Positions 1-8,163 of a stretch of DNA of 64,000 nt are shown piece by piece. This DNA comes from a virus, in IMG/VR virus record IMGVR_UViG_3300031746_000002, positions 64,001-128,000 of that record; one strand, given 5' to 3'. Numbering within the stretch: position 1 is the first letter of the stretch; the number at the start of each line of letters is the position of its first letter. Position numbers and translations under genes: made by a program. A model generated the notes under the pieces. That model ran no database searches. It had not been told where the DNA came from and saw only the letters and a list, made by a program, of their open reading frames with translations.

Positions 1-42
1 GCTTATTAATTATAATAAGTTAAATTCAAAAGGAGGAAGAGT

Positions 43-618
43 ATGAAAATTCACGTGGACGAAGACAAGCCGGTAGTTCAAGAAGGACGTTACAAAGTAA
101 GGTTCATTAAACACGAAGCAGGTATTCCAGGGCAGGGACCGGGAAGTTCAGGCACAAGGTTAACATTTCAGGTTTTATCCAAAGAGTTTAAAGGTGAAAC
201 TGTAAATTGTATAATTTGGATGAAAAAAGATGATGATAATGAATATCATATACTTGAAAGGGAACCTGGCTATAAACTTCTGTTGGGATTAAATAAAGGT
301 AAAGAAATTTCTGATATTAAATTCAAACCTCTTTATGATGAAGTTTATTGGGTTGAAGTAATTCACAAGCAGAACAAAGATGGTGATAGAACATTCGCCA
401 ATGTTACTGAAATAGAACCATATGAAAAAGAAGAAGAGAAAGAAGAAAAACCAGAGAAAACAGAAAAAAAGAAATCATCTGATGATGATGATAAAGACAC
501 TGAAGACAAAGATTTTAAAGATGATGACAAAGGGAAAGACAAAGACAAGTCTTCAAAAAAGAAAGGCAAAGAAGAGGAAATAGACGACAAAGAACTAGAC
601 GATGGAGATGATGAATAA
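43..618 (+). CDS. Probable phage single-stranded DNA-binding protein (DUF669-like OB fold) with long acidic/lysine-rich tail
   Basis: AGGAGG RBS; beta-rich N-terminal domain ending ...GDRTFANVTEI; D/E/K-rich tail ending DDGDDE; sits just upstream of recA. Confidence 0.55.
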   Translation: MKIHVDEDKPVVQEGRYKVRFIKHEAGIPGQGPGSSGTRLTFQVLSKEFKGETVNCIIWMKKDDDNEYHILEREPGYKLLLGLNKGKEISDIKFKPLYDEVYWVEVIHKQNKDGDRTFANVTEIEPYEKEEEKEEKPEKTEKKKSSDDDDKDTEDKDFKDDDKGKDKDKSSKKKGKEEEIDDKELDDGDDE

Positions 619-650
619 GGAATAAAGAACAAACGAATAGGGAGGATAAC

Positions 651-1238
651 ATGGCAGTTAAATATGATAAGAAGTGGTTAATGGACCAGTTGAAGTTAAG
701 GGATATTGATTTTGATACAATAATAAAACCTCTCGACCACAAGAAATACCGAGAGGAAATAAAAGAATTCAGCATAGAACTAGATGAAGACCCATGTTCT
801 GATTTACAAGCAGTACTAGCTAACTATGCCAAAATCGATGCATTCAATCAGCGGACATTAAAAATTAGTTCTATAGCAAGGCGGTCTTTAATGCGGAAAG
901 AACACATGTTAAAGACTATAAATTCAGTAATTGAATTGGAACTATTTAAACTTCAATCAACTGACTCTGAGATTATAGAGCTATCATCTGCTGACAAAAG
1001 GAAAGCGATGGCTGAACAAAAGATACAAGACTTAAGGTTACTAGAGGATCAAATCACTACTGACCTTGTAGAAGCTAAGGCATTCATGCATGATATTGAT
1101 ATTAAGAAAGAAGCTATCGAGTCAAGTTATAATTCACTGAGTAGGCAACAGGCTTTGATAGAGGGTCCAATACTTGTAGTTGACCCAGGTAAATTAAAGT
1201 ATCATGTAGGAAAATCAGTGAAAGTAAATCCAGATTAA
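651..1238 (+). CDS. Coiled-coil protein, possible UvsY-like recombination mediator
   Basis: GGAGG RBS; helical heptad pattern; between SSB-like gene and recA (function inferred from context). Confidence 0.3.
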   Translation: MAVKYDKKWLMDQLKLRDIDFDTIIKPLDHKKYREEIKEFSIELDEDPCSDLQAVLANYAKIDAFNQRTLKISSIARRSLMRKEHMLKTINSVIELELFKLQSTDSEIIELSSADKRKAMAEQKIQDLRLLEDQITTDLVEAKAFMHDIDIKKEAIESSYNSLSRQQALIEGPILVVDPGKLKYHVGKSVKVNPD

Positions 1239-1249
1239 GGATTACTGTT

Positions 1250-2224
1250 ATGGAAAAGAAAAATATTAAGCAAGCAATTGAAGAAGTAAGAAAGTTTGGT
1301 GTTGATATTGGCAAAGCTTCTGATGGTTCCGCTGATGATAATATTAAAGTGATACCTACTGGTTCTTTGATGTTAGATATGGCAATAGGAACTGGTGGGT
1401 ATCCTTGCGGAACATTGATAGAAGTTTTTGGCCCAGAGTCTGGTGGTAAATCAACACTATCTTTGCTTGCAGTAAAACAATGCCAAAAAGCTGGTGGCAC
1501 TGCAGCGCTTTTAGATATAGAGAATTCATTTAATAAAAAATGGGCTAGATCATTAGGTGTTGATGTGGATAATCTTTGGAGAGCACAGCCTGATAATGCA
1601 GAAAAAACTTTGGACACTGCAATTAAACTTATTGATGGTGGTTTTGATTTAATTGTAATTGATAGTACTGCTGCATTAATACCCAAAGCAGAAGTAGAGG
1701 GTAATCTTGAAGATGCAACAATGGCACCGTTAGCTAGGGTTATGTCTAAAGGTTTACGAAAAATTGTTAATCGTATAAAAAGAACAGATGCAGTGCTTAT
1801 TTTTATAAATCAGATACGTGAAAAAGTAGGAACAATGTGGGGAAGTCCAGAAGATACACCGGGTGGAAGAGCATTAAAATTTTATAGTGCATTAAGAATA
1901 AGAGTGGCAAAAGTTTCAAGATCAGAAAGGCTTAATGAACTTAATGAACCAATGGGACATAGTGTTAAATTTAAAGTAGTAAAAAATAAAGTAGGACCAC
2001 CTTTACGAGAAGGAGAATTTTATCTCAGCTATACTAAAGGTGTTAAACGAAGTGAAGAAGTCTTTGCTCTTGGCATAAAGTTTGAAATCATTGGTTTTAC
2101 TGGTGGAAAAACTTATACATTTGAAGACTATAAATGGAATGGAAAAGAACAATGCAAAATGGCGTTAAAAGAAAGCAAAGAGCTAAGACAAAAAATAACT
2201 GCATTGATACTAAAAAAATTATAA
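1250..2224 (+). CDS. recA: RecA recombinase
   Basis: IPTGSLMLDMAIG, Walker A GPESGGKST, LIVIDS, IFINQIREKVG, TPGGRALKFY, KVVKNKVGPP. Confidence 0.97.
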   Translation: MEKKNIKQAIEEVRKFGVDIGKASDGSADDNIKVIPTGSLMLDMAIGTGGYPCGTLIEVFGPESGGKSTLSLLAVKQCQKAGGTAALLDIENSFNKKWARSLGVDVDNLWRAQPDNAEKTLDTAIKLIDGGFDLIVIDSTAALIPKAEVEGNLEDATMAPLARVMSKGLRKIVNRIKRTDAVLIFINQIREKVGTMWGSPEDTPGGRALKFYSALRIRVAKVSRSERLNELNEPMGHSVKFKVVKNKVGPPLREGEFYLSYTKGVKRSEEVFALGIKFEIIGFTGGKTYTFEDYKWNGKEQCKMALKESKELRQKITALILKKL

Positions 2225-2742
2225 ACGAGAAGCATTGGTTTATACTGTATTATGCAGGCATAAGATTACATAAGCTGTTAATTTTGTTAAACAGATGTTT
2301 TGCTGATACTGAAGTTTGGTACCCTACATATACAATAAGGAAATATAATAATAGGAAATTAATCTATGAAACACGATATATTCCATTTTATCCAAACTAT
2401 CTTTTTATCTATACTAATCTTGAATTTGTTTTTTCAAACAAGATTACAGATGAAACTGCTAGAGTAAGATTTATAAAAAGTAACAATGCTTATTATTATC
2501 TTGATGATGAAGAAATTGGAATAATAAAAGAATTAGAAAAAGAACTTGCTGTTTCTAAAGATATAATTGAAGATGAATGTATTTTTAAAGAGGATGATGA
2601 AGTTAGAATAATTTCAGGACCGTTCGAAAATTGTAATGGTAGAATTTTAAAAATATCCAAAGAAAAAGTTATAGTACATATCGTAATATTTGGTAGAGAA
2701 ACAAAATTTGAAACTGAAGTTAAAGGTATAGTAAAATTATGA
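2134..2742 (+). CDS. NusG/RfaH/LoaP-family transcription antitermination factor (true start uncertain, probably near 2221)
   Basis: NGN domain (HWFILY, PFYPNYLFI) plus C-terminal KOW (FKEDDEVRIISGPFENCNGRI...IFGRETK). Confidence 0.85.
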   Translation: MEWKRTMQNGVKRKQRAKTKNNCIDTKKIINEKHWFILYYAGIRLHKLLILLNRCFADTEVWYPTYTIRKYNNRKLIYETRYIPFYPNYLFIYTNLEFVFSNKITDETARVRFIKSNNAYYYLDDEEIGIIKELEKELAVSKDIIEDECIFKEDDEVRIISGPFENCNGRILKISKEKVIVHIVIFGRETKFETEVKGIVKL

Positions 2743-3749
2743 AGATCAAAAGTGTAAGATTAAAAAACTTTCAGGGTTATGAAGATACTAAAATAGAATT
2801 TGCACCAACATTCAATGTAATTATTGGTAGGAATGAAAGTGGAAAATCTAGTATTGTTAGAGCATTGAACTTTGTATTTTGTAATGAATGGTCAAAAGAT
2901 TTTGTTCGTAATGATGCAGATGAAACTCAAATCATAGTTACATTAGACTCAGGTATAAAGATCTTTAGAACTAAAGGTAATACTACTAATCGATGCACAA
3001 TTAAATATAATGATGATAAAAAAGATGTTTTTGAAAATTTTGGTACAACACTTCCTAAAAAAGTATCTGAAATACTTGAAGTCAATCCATTGAAATTAGA
3101 TGAACATACAGAAATCAATATGATTGTTGCTGGACAGCATGATGGATTATTCTTATTGCAAGAACCAGGAACACTGAAAGCAAAACTATTAGGCAAAATT
3201 TCTGGCTTACATTATATAGACTTTGCATTAAGAGACATTGCAAAGGATAAGAAAAATTTAATGATTGTTACACAGGAAAGAAATAATGAACTTCAACTCA
3301 TCTCCAAAGAATTAGAACAGTTTGAAGACATCAGTATTTATGAAAAACAATTGAGTTCTATAGAAAAGGATATAATATCATTACAAGATGACGAAACGAA
3401 GTTACAAAAATTATTAGATACAAATATACAATTAAAAGAATTGAATGTTAAAATAGCTAATTTAGCAGATGATGCTGAACGATATGATAAAATAAATTTT
3501 GAAGATTATGATAAATTAGAATTACTTATGAGAAAAATGGACATGTTAAATGTATCATTTCAAACTATTAATAATTTTGAAACTCAAATAGAAAATAAAA
3601 AGCAGCAGCTTAAAGATTTAAAAGAGGATATGGACAAAGTTGTAGAACAATATGTTTCATTATTAAAGACATCAAAGACTTGCCCAGTATGTTCAGCTGA
3701 AATTACAACAGGACAAGTTAAGAAAATAATAGAGGAAATCAATGTATAA
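2739..3749 (+). CDS. SbcC/Rad50-like ATPase, N-terminal half (Walker A, coiled coil, zinc hook)
   Basis: IKSVRLKNFQ, Walker A GRNESGKSS, Q-loop GQHD, coiled coil, CPVC hook near C-terminus; lacks Walker B. Confidence 0.88.
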   Translation: MKIKSVRLKNFQGYEDTKIEFAPTFNVIIGRNESGKSSIVRALNFVFCNEWSKDFVRNDADETQIIVTLDSGIKIFRTKGNTTNRCTIKYNDDKKDVFENFGTTLPKKVSEILEVNPLKLDEHTEINMIVAGQHDGLFLLQEPGTLKAKLLGKISGLHYIDFALRDIAKDKKNLMIVTQERNNELQLISKELEQFEDISIYEKQLSSIEKDIISLQDDETKLQKLLDTNIQLKELNVKIANLADDAERYDKINFEDYDKLELLMRKMDMLNVSFQTINNFETQIENKKQQLKDLKEDMDKVVEQYVSLLKTSKTCPVCSAEITTGQVKKIIEEINV

Positions 3750-4695
3750 AATTTTATACTTTACAGATACTCATTTTTCTTATCAACGACCGAAATATCG
3801 TATTGATGATTTCTTAGAAACACAAATAAATAAATTACAGCAGATACAACAAATTATAAAAGATGAAAAGATCGAATTAGTAATTTTTGGCGGAGATATG
3901 TTTCATTCATATCAACCACATAATGTAATACTTGGTGAAGTGTTACATGGATTTTTAAAATTTGATAGGTTGATATTTACTATTATGGGCAATCATGACT
4001 TAATAGGATATAATCATAATGCATTACCGGAAACAGGATTAGGAGTTATGTGTAAAGCTGGTGTAGTACAATTGATAAAGCAGGAAACAAAATTTATACC
4101 AAAAAATAATCCAGAACTAACAATGTTTGCTATACATTATAGAAAACAGCAGGATTTATCAACGTATGATTTAAAACCAGAGAAAGATAAAGTGTATGGT
4201 ACAAAAATTATTGTTAGTCATGATATGATTACACCAACTGAACAAAAATATGAATCGATTTTAATTAAAGATGTAGCAAAAGTTACAAATGCAGATATTA
4301 TTTTATGTTCACATTATCATGGTTCATTCTTAGAAAAAGTAAATAATACTTGGTTTGTAAATCCAGGTGCATTAGTAAGACGAAAGATTACTGATGCTGA
4401 TCATAAACCACAAATTGCTATCATTGAAATTGATAAAAAAATTAAAATAGATTTTATATCATTAGTTACTAAAAAGAATAATGAAATTTTTAACATTGAA
4501 GCTATGGATAAAATTAAAACTAAAAAAGTTAACCTTGAAGATTTTATAACGTTGTTAAAAGAAACAAGAATAAAGGATACAGATATTGATAAGCATATAG
4601 ACAGATTAGGAGAGAAGCTGAAGATCAGCAAGGATATAATAAGTCTAGCAAAAGAACGAGTGCAGAAGGCTAGAATAACATTAGGGGGTGATTAA
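3742..4695 (+). CDS. SbcD/Mre11-like metallophosphoesterase nuclease
   Basis: DTH, GGDMFH, GNHD, SHD, SHYH, NPGAL motifs; next to SbcC halves. Confidence 0.92.
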   Translation: MYKILYFTDTHFSYQRPKYRIDDFLETQINKLQQIQQIIKDEKIELVIFGGDMFHSYQPHNVILGEVLHGFLKFDRLIFTIMGNHDLIGYNHNALPETGLGVMCKAGVVQLIKQETKFIPKNNPELTMFAIHYRKQQDLSTYDLKPEKDKVYGTKIIVSHDMITPTEQKYESILIKDVAKVTNADIILCSHYHGSFLEKVNNTWFVNPGALVRRKITDADHKPQIAIIEIDKKIKIDFISLVTKKNNEIFNIEAMDKIKTKKVNLEDFITLLKETRIKDTDIDKHIDRLGEKLKISKDIISLAKERVQKARITLGGD

Positions 4696-4995
4696 ATGAA
4701 ACTACCAGAATTAAAAAAAGGTGAAACATATGCGAAGGTAGAGATTATGCGAATTAATTCAGTGGGTTCTGATAATAATTCTTTTTCTGAAAAAGCTATA
4801 AAGTTTTGTGTTAAAAATTGGCGTAAAACTTTAGATCCCATAATGCGAGATAAAAATAAGAAAATAATTGGAAGAATTGTTAATGTAATATACGCTCCAG
4901 CTGACAAGGCACTTCAAGCAATTGCAATCATCAAAGAAAATAGAGTAAAAGAGCAAATGCCCGTTAATATCGAATTTGTGGACAAATTGCAATAA
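4696..4995 (+). CDS. Small protein resembling the N-terminal half of an HK97-type prohead protease, without the catalytic His
   Basis: Pattern match by eye to 49700 protease (F-x-x-K, G-x-I, D-x-x-[LI] spacing); low identity. Confidence 0.3.
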   Translation: MKLPELKKGETYAKVEIMRINSVGSDNNSFSEKAIKFCVKNWRKTLDPIMRDKNKKIIGRIVNVIYAPADKALQAIAIIKENRVKEQMPVNIEFVDKLQ

Positions 4996-5025
4996 ATTTT
5001 CTTAGAAAGGGCTTATTAATTAAAT

Positions 5026-5286
5026 ATGGATAATAAATTATTAGAACTTAAATCAAAGATAGATAGCATCAAGGAAAAAGTTCAGCTGTTAAAAGGTCAG
5101 CAACAATCATTGGCAAACTCTAAAAAAGAATTGCTTGATATGTTAAAGCAGAAAGAAAACATTTCAAGTACTTCAGAATTACATGATAAAATTGCAGAGC
5201 TTGAAGCTGATATTAAATCTAAGCAGGCAAAGTTAAATAAAGCACTTTCATCAATAACAATATCCGCTGGAGAAGAAGATGAGTGA
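5026..5286 (+). CDS. Coiled-coil protein, probable middle segment of the split SbcC
   Basis: Pure heptad repeat; overlaps the start of the C-terminal SbcC half. Confidence 0.5.
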   Translation: MDNKLLELKSKIDSIKEKVQLLKGQQQSLANSKKELLDMLKQKENISSTSELHDKIAELEADIKSKQAKLNKALSSITISAGEEDE

Positions 5287-5920
5287 GATTACCACAAATG
5301 ATATTATAAGAAAGTATAATAGTTATAAGTCTGAAATAGACCAACGTAAAGGACAGAAATTACAGTTGGAAAAAACTATTGAAAATCTAAAAAAATCTAT
5401 TGAAGAAGATGCAGGTCAAGAAAAGATACTTACAGATACAAATGCTTTTCTACAAGAATTAAATATACAGCGTAGAGAAACAACTGTAACTAGAATAGAA
5501 GATATTGTTACAGAAGCATTACAAGAAATTTTAAATAATGATAACATTAATTTCAAAATTATATTTGAAGCAAAACGTAGTGCAGTTAATACAGAGTTTA
5601 AAATTTTTAATAGTATTAACATGACTGAGTATGACATATTGACTTCACGTGGAGGCGCATTAGCTCATATAGTGAGTGTTGCTTTAAAAATAATCATTTC
5701 AAAATTATTAGGTTTAGAGCATTGTTTAATATTTGATGAGTCAGCAACATTTCTTGATGATGAAAATGTTGTAAGGTTTGCAGAATTTTTACAGAAAGTA
5801 AGTAAGCAACTTGATGTACAAATAATCTTTGTAACTCATATCAAACCAATTATTTCAGCAGCTGATAATGTTATTAAAATAAATTCAGTTAAGGGAAAAA
5901 GTTATGTCGAAGAGGACTAA
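5279..5920 (+). CDS. SbcC/Rad50-like ATPase, C-terminal half
   Basis: Coiled coil, ABC signature-like TSRGG, Walker B LIFDE, D-loop FLD, H-loop IFVTH. Confidence 0.88.
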   Translation: MSEITTNDIIRKYNSYKSEIDQRKGQKLQLEKTIENLKKSIEEDAGQEKILTDTNAFLQELNIQRRETTVTRIEDIVTEALQEILNNDNINFKIIFEAKRSAVNTEFKIFNSINMTEYDILTSRGGALAHIVSVALKIIISKLLGLEHCLIFDESATFLDDENVVRFAEFLQKVSKQLDVQIIFVTHIKPIISAADNVIKINSVKGKSYVEED

Positions 5921-6530
5921 GTTTACTCAAGAATATATTACAAACTATTTATCAAAAGTATTTATACCAGCAAACCATGATGAATTAATTGTTGGGTTAG
6001 ATATGTCATTAGGAGCTTTTGGTGTTTGTGCGGTTAATACAAAAAAAGATATGCAAATGAATCAGTTGATTAAAGTAAAAACTAGAGGCGCTGAAAGATT
6101 AGCAAACATTAGAAGTCAATTAAAAATAACATTGGAACAAAATAATATTAAATTTGCTGTAATTGAAAGTTATGCTTATGGTAAAAGTGTAGGTAGATTT
6201 TTTGAAATAGGGGAATTAGGCGGAGTTATTAAACATTTATTATTTATACGAAATATACCATATATACTTATATCTCCAATGACACTTAAGAAATGGATAA
6301 CTGGTAGTGTTAAGGGAGACAAATCAGCAATACTATTACAGATATATAAAAAATATAAAGTAGAACTTAATGATAATAATTTGGGCGATGCATTTGTATT
6401 GGCACAAATTGGATGTGCTTTAAATAGTTTAGCAATAGGAAATAGTTCTATAGATGACTATCCAAAATATCAACAAGAATGTATAAAATCATTTATAGAT
6501 AAAATAAAGGAGAGAGAAAATGGCAATTGA
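5904..6530 (+). CDS. RuvC-like Holliday junction resolvase
   Basis: IVGLDMS, VIES, ELGGVIK, LKKWITG..KGDK, NLGDAFVLA acidic-residue pattern. Confidence 0.85.
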   Translation: MSKRTKFTQEYITNYLSKVFIPANHDELIVGLDMSLGAFGVCAVNTKKDMQMNQLIKVKTRGAERLANIRSQLKITLEQNNIKFAVIESYAYGKSVGRFFEIGELGGVIKHLLFIRNIPYILISPMTLKKWITGSVKGDKSAILLQIYKKYKVELNDNNLGDAFVLAQIGCALNSLAIGNSSIDDYPKYQQECIKSFIDKIKERENGN

Positions 6531-6801
6531 TATTAATAGTGAGATTAAGGAATCATCTGAGGACTCGTATGAGGGTCAATTTTCTACAATTACCACAGTT
6601 AAAGACAAAGATGGTAAAGAAATTCAAATGCCATCTTTAGTGAAATCATTTTTTGATGTATTTAAAAAATGGTTAGAAAAATATAAAGATAAGCGTGTAT
6701 GTATTAAGATTACAACTATTGAAGGTACCAATGATGAAACAAAAATAGAAAGTCATGATACAAAAGAAGAGAGTATAACAATAGAAGGGAAACCAGAATG
6801 A
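6520..6801 (+). CDS. Hypothetical protein
   Basis: AGGAG RBS, ORF in tightly packed operon. Confidence 0.6.
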   Translation: MAIDINSEIKESSEDSYEGQFSTITTVKDKDGKEIQMPSLVKSFFDVFKKWLEKYKDKRVCIKITTIEGTNDETKIESHDTKEESITIEGKPE

Positions 6802-7139
6802 CATTTAGAATTATATTGATTGAAACAAAAACTTGGTTAAGAACTATTTGGTATAATATTAAGAATTATAAAAAGATAAAAGAAGCAAAGAAACAGGAAG
6901 AACTACAAAAAATTGCTGAAGCTAAAAAAACACCACAAGAAAAAATGCAAGAAGAATTAGCTAAAAAGTCACCACAAGAGCTTAAACGAATAAATAAAAG
7001 AATTGAAGAATTAAGACTTAGAGGCAGACCAATTATTTGTGCTAATTGTAAAAGACCGGGTATCACAAAACAAACAGGTGCTTTTATTAAAACAATGGTT
7101 GATGGTGAAGAACTTTATATTCATGAGGCATGCAAATGA
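6798..7139 (+). CDS. Hypothetical protein with C-terminal zinc finger
   Basis: CANC...HEAC; ATGA coupling to upstream gene. Confidence 0.55.
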   Translation: MTFRIILIETKTWLRTIWYNIKNYKKIKEAKKQEELQKIAEAKKTPQEKMQEELAKKSPQELKRINKRIEELRLRGRPIICANCKRPGITKQTGAFIKTMVDGEELYIHEACK

Positions 7140-7720
7140 TTATTTTTATTCCGCAAGGTGAGCATTTAGAAAAATATGAAAATGGTATGAGAGTTGTATG
7201 TATAGAAGCTTGTGATGGTAATATGGATATAATGGGCAAGCATGGTACTGTAATAAATGATAAATATAAGCGCCCACTCATATTATTTGACCAAGAGGTT
7301 AATGGTCATGACGGATATGAAAAAGGTTCAAAGAATAGAGCTAGGTGTTGGTTAGTTAACAATCAGTATCTAATAGTAATGCCACGGCAGGCAAATAAAA
7401 AAGCCGAAGATAAAACGAAAACAAAGGAGGAAACAGAAATGGCAAAGATGAGAAAGTTGTTTGAGTTAATTGTGTTTGACCCAAAGCAGCAGAAGGTGAT
7501 TTACAAAGACATCATTCCAGCTGATGATGAGAAAGAAGTATTGATTGAAGCTGATATCAAAGCCATCATGACAAAAGAAAGCATAGCAAAGCTTCGTGAT
7601 ATTGATATTCTTATTACCGAAAGAGGAAGTGTCAGGTCTGATATTTCAGAAATTCCAGTGAAGATGGTTATTCAAGCTGGGAAAACAATATTGTTAAGAG
7701 AAGAAGAGGGGAAAAACTAA
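7130..7720 (+). CDS. Hypothetical protein (SH3-like N-terminus; in-frame internal start at 7439)
   Basis: YENGMRVV...GKHGTVI pattern; AAGGAGG RBS precedes in-frame ATG at 7439. Confidence 0.5.
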   Translation: MQMIIFIPQGEHLEKYENGMRVVCIEACDGNMDIMGKHGTVINDKYKRPLILFDQEVNGHDGYEKGSKNRARCWLVNNQYLIVMPRQANKKAEDKTKTKEETEMAKMRKLFELIVFDPKQQKVIYKDIIPADDEKEVLIEADIKAIMTKESIAKLRDIDILITERGSVRSDISEIPVKMVIQAGKTILLREEEGKN

Positions 7721-7726
7721 TTGAAT

Positions 7727-7797
7727 TTCCGGGTCGACTAATGGCAGGTCAACAGGCTTTGAACCTGTCAGTGTAGGTTCGAATCCTACCCCGGAAG
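7727..7797 (+). tRNA. trnQ: tRNA-Gln (anticodon TTG), CCA not encoded
   Basis: Acceptor TTCCGGG/CCCGGAA, anticodon arm ACAGG-CTTTGAA-CCTGT, T arm GTAGG-TTCGAAT-CCTAC. Confidence 0.93.
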
Positions 7798-7810
7798 TTT
7801 AGGAGAAAAC

Positions 7811-8161
7811 ATGAGTATATTAAAAATAGCTATTGGTTTGGAAGAAGACAACATAGAATTATTCAAAGAATTAAGAGCAATAGGAGTAGAACCAGAAGCA
7901 GGAGACACAGCAGTAAAATGGAATGCTAATGACCCTGATGAAGTTATAAAAGCAAAAGCTGCATTTAATGTTGCATTAAAACAATACGGAAAAGATGCTA
8001 TCATTTATTCTATAGGTAAGGATGGGAAGAAAGATAAAGAGCTTAAAGAGTTTGACCCATTAGCAGAGGAAATTTTAGTATTACCAAAACCACATCCGGG
8101 ACCAGACCCAGGTTCTGAATTTTCTTATGGCAGCGAATTTGATATGAAGGAGTTAGGATAA
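7811..8161 (+). CDS. Conserved small phage protein (GDT..W...D.DEV...FDP.AE.I pattern)
   Basis: AGGAG RBS; motif pattern recalled from phage hypothetical proteins, not verified. Confidence 0.5.
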   Translation: MSILKIAIGLEEDNIELFKELRAIGVEPEAGDTAVKWNANDPDEVIKAKAAFNVALKQYGKDAIIYSIGKDGKKDKELKEFDPLAEEILVLPKPHPGPDPGSEFSYGSEFDMKELG

Positions 8162-8163
8162 TT

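Noticed and set aside
421-618. GAA/GAT/AAA-rich low-complexity stretch as a DNA repeat element
   Set aside because: Explained by the acidic/lysine-rich protein tail
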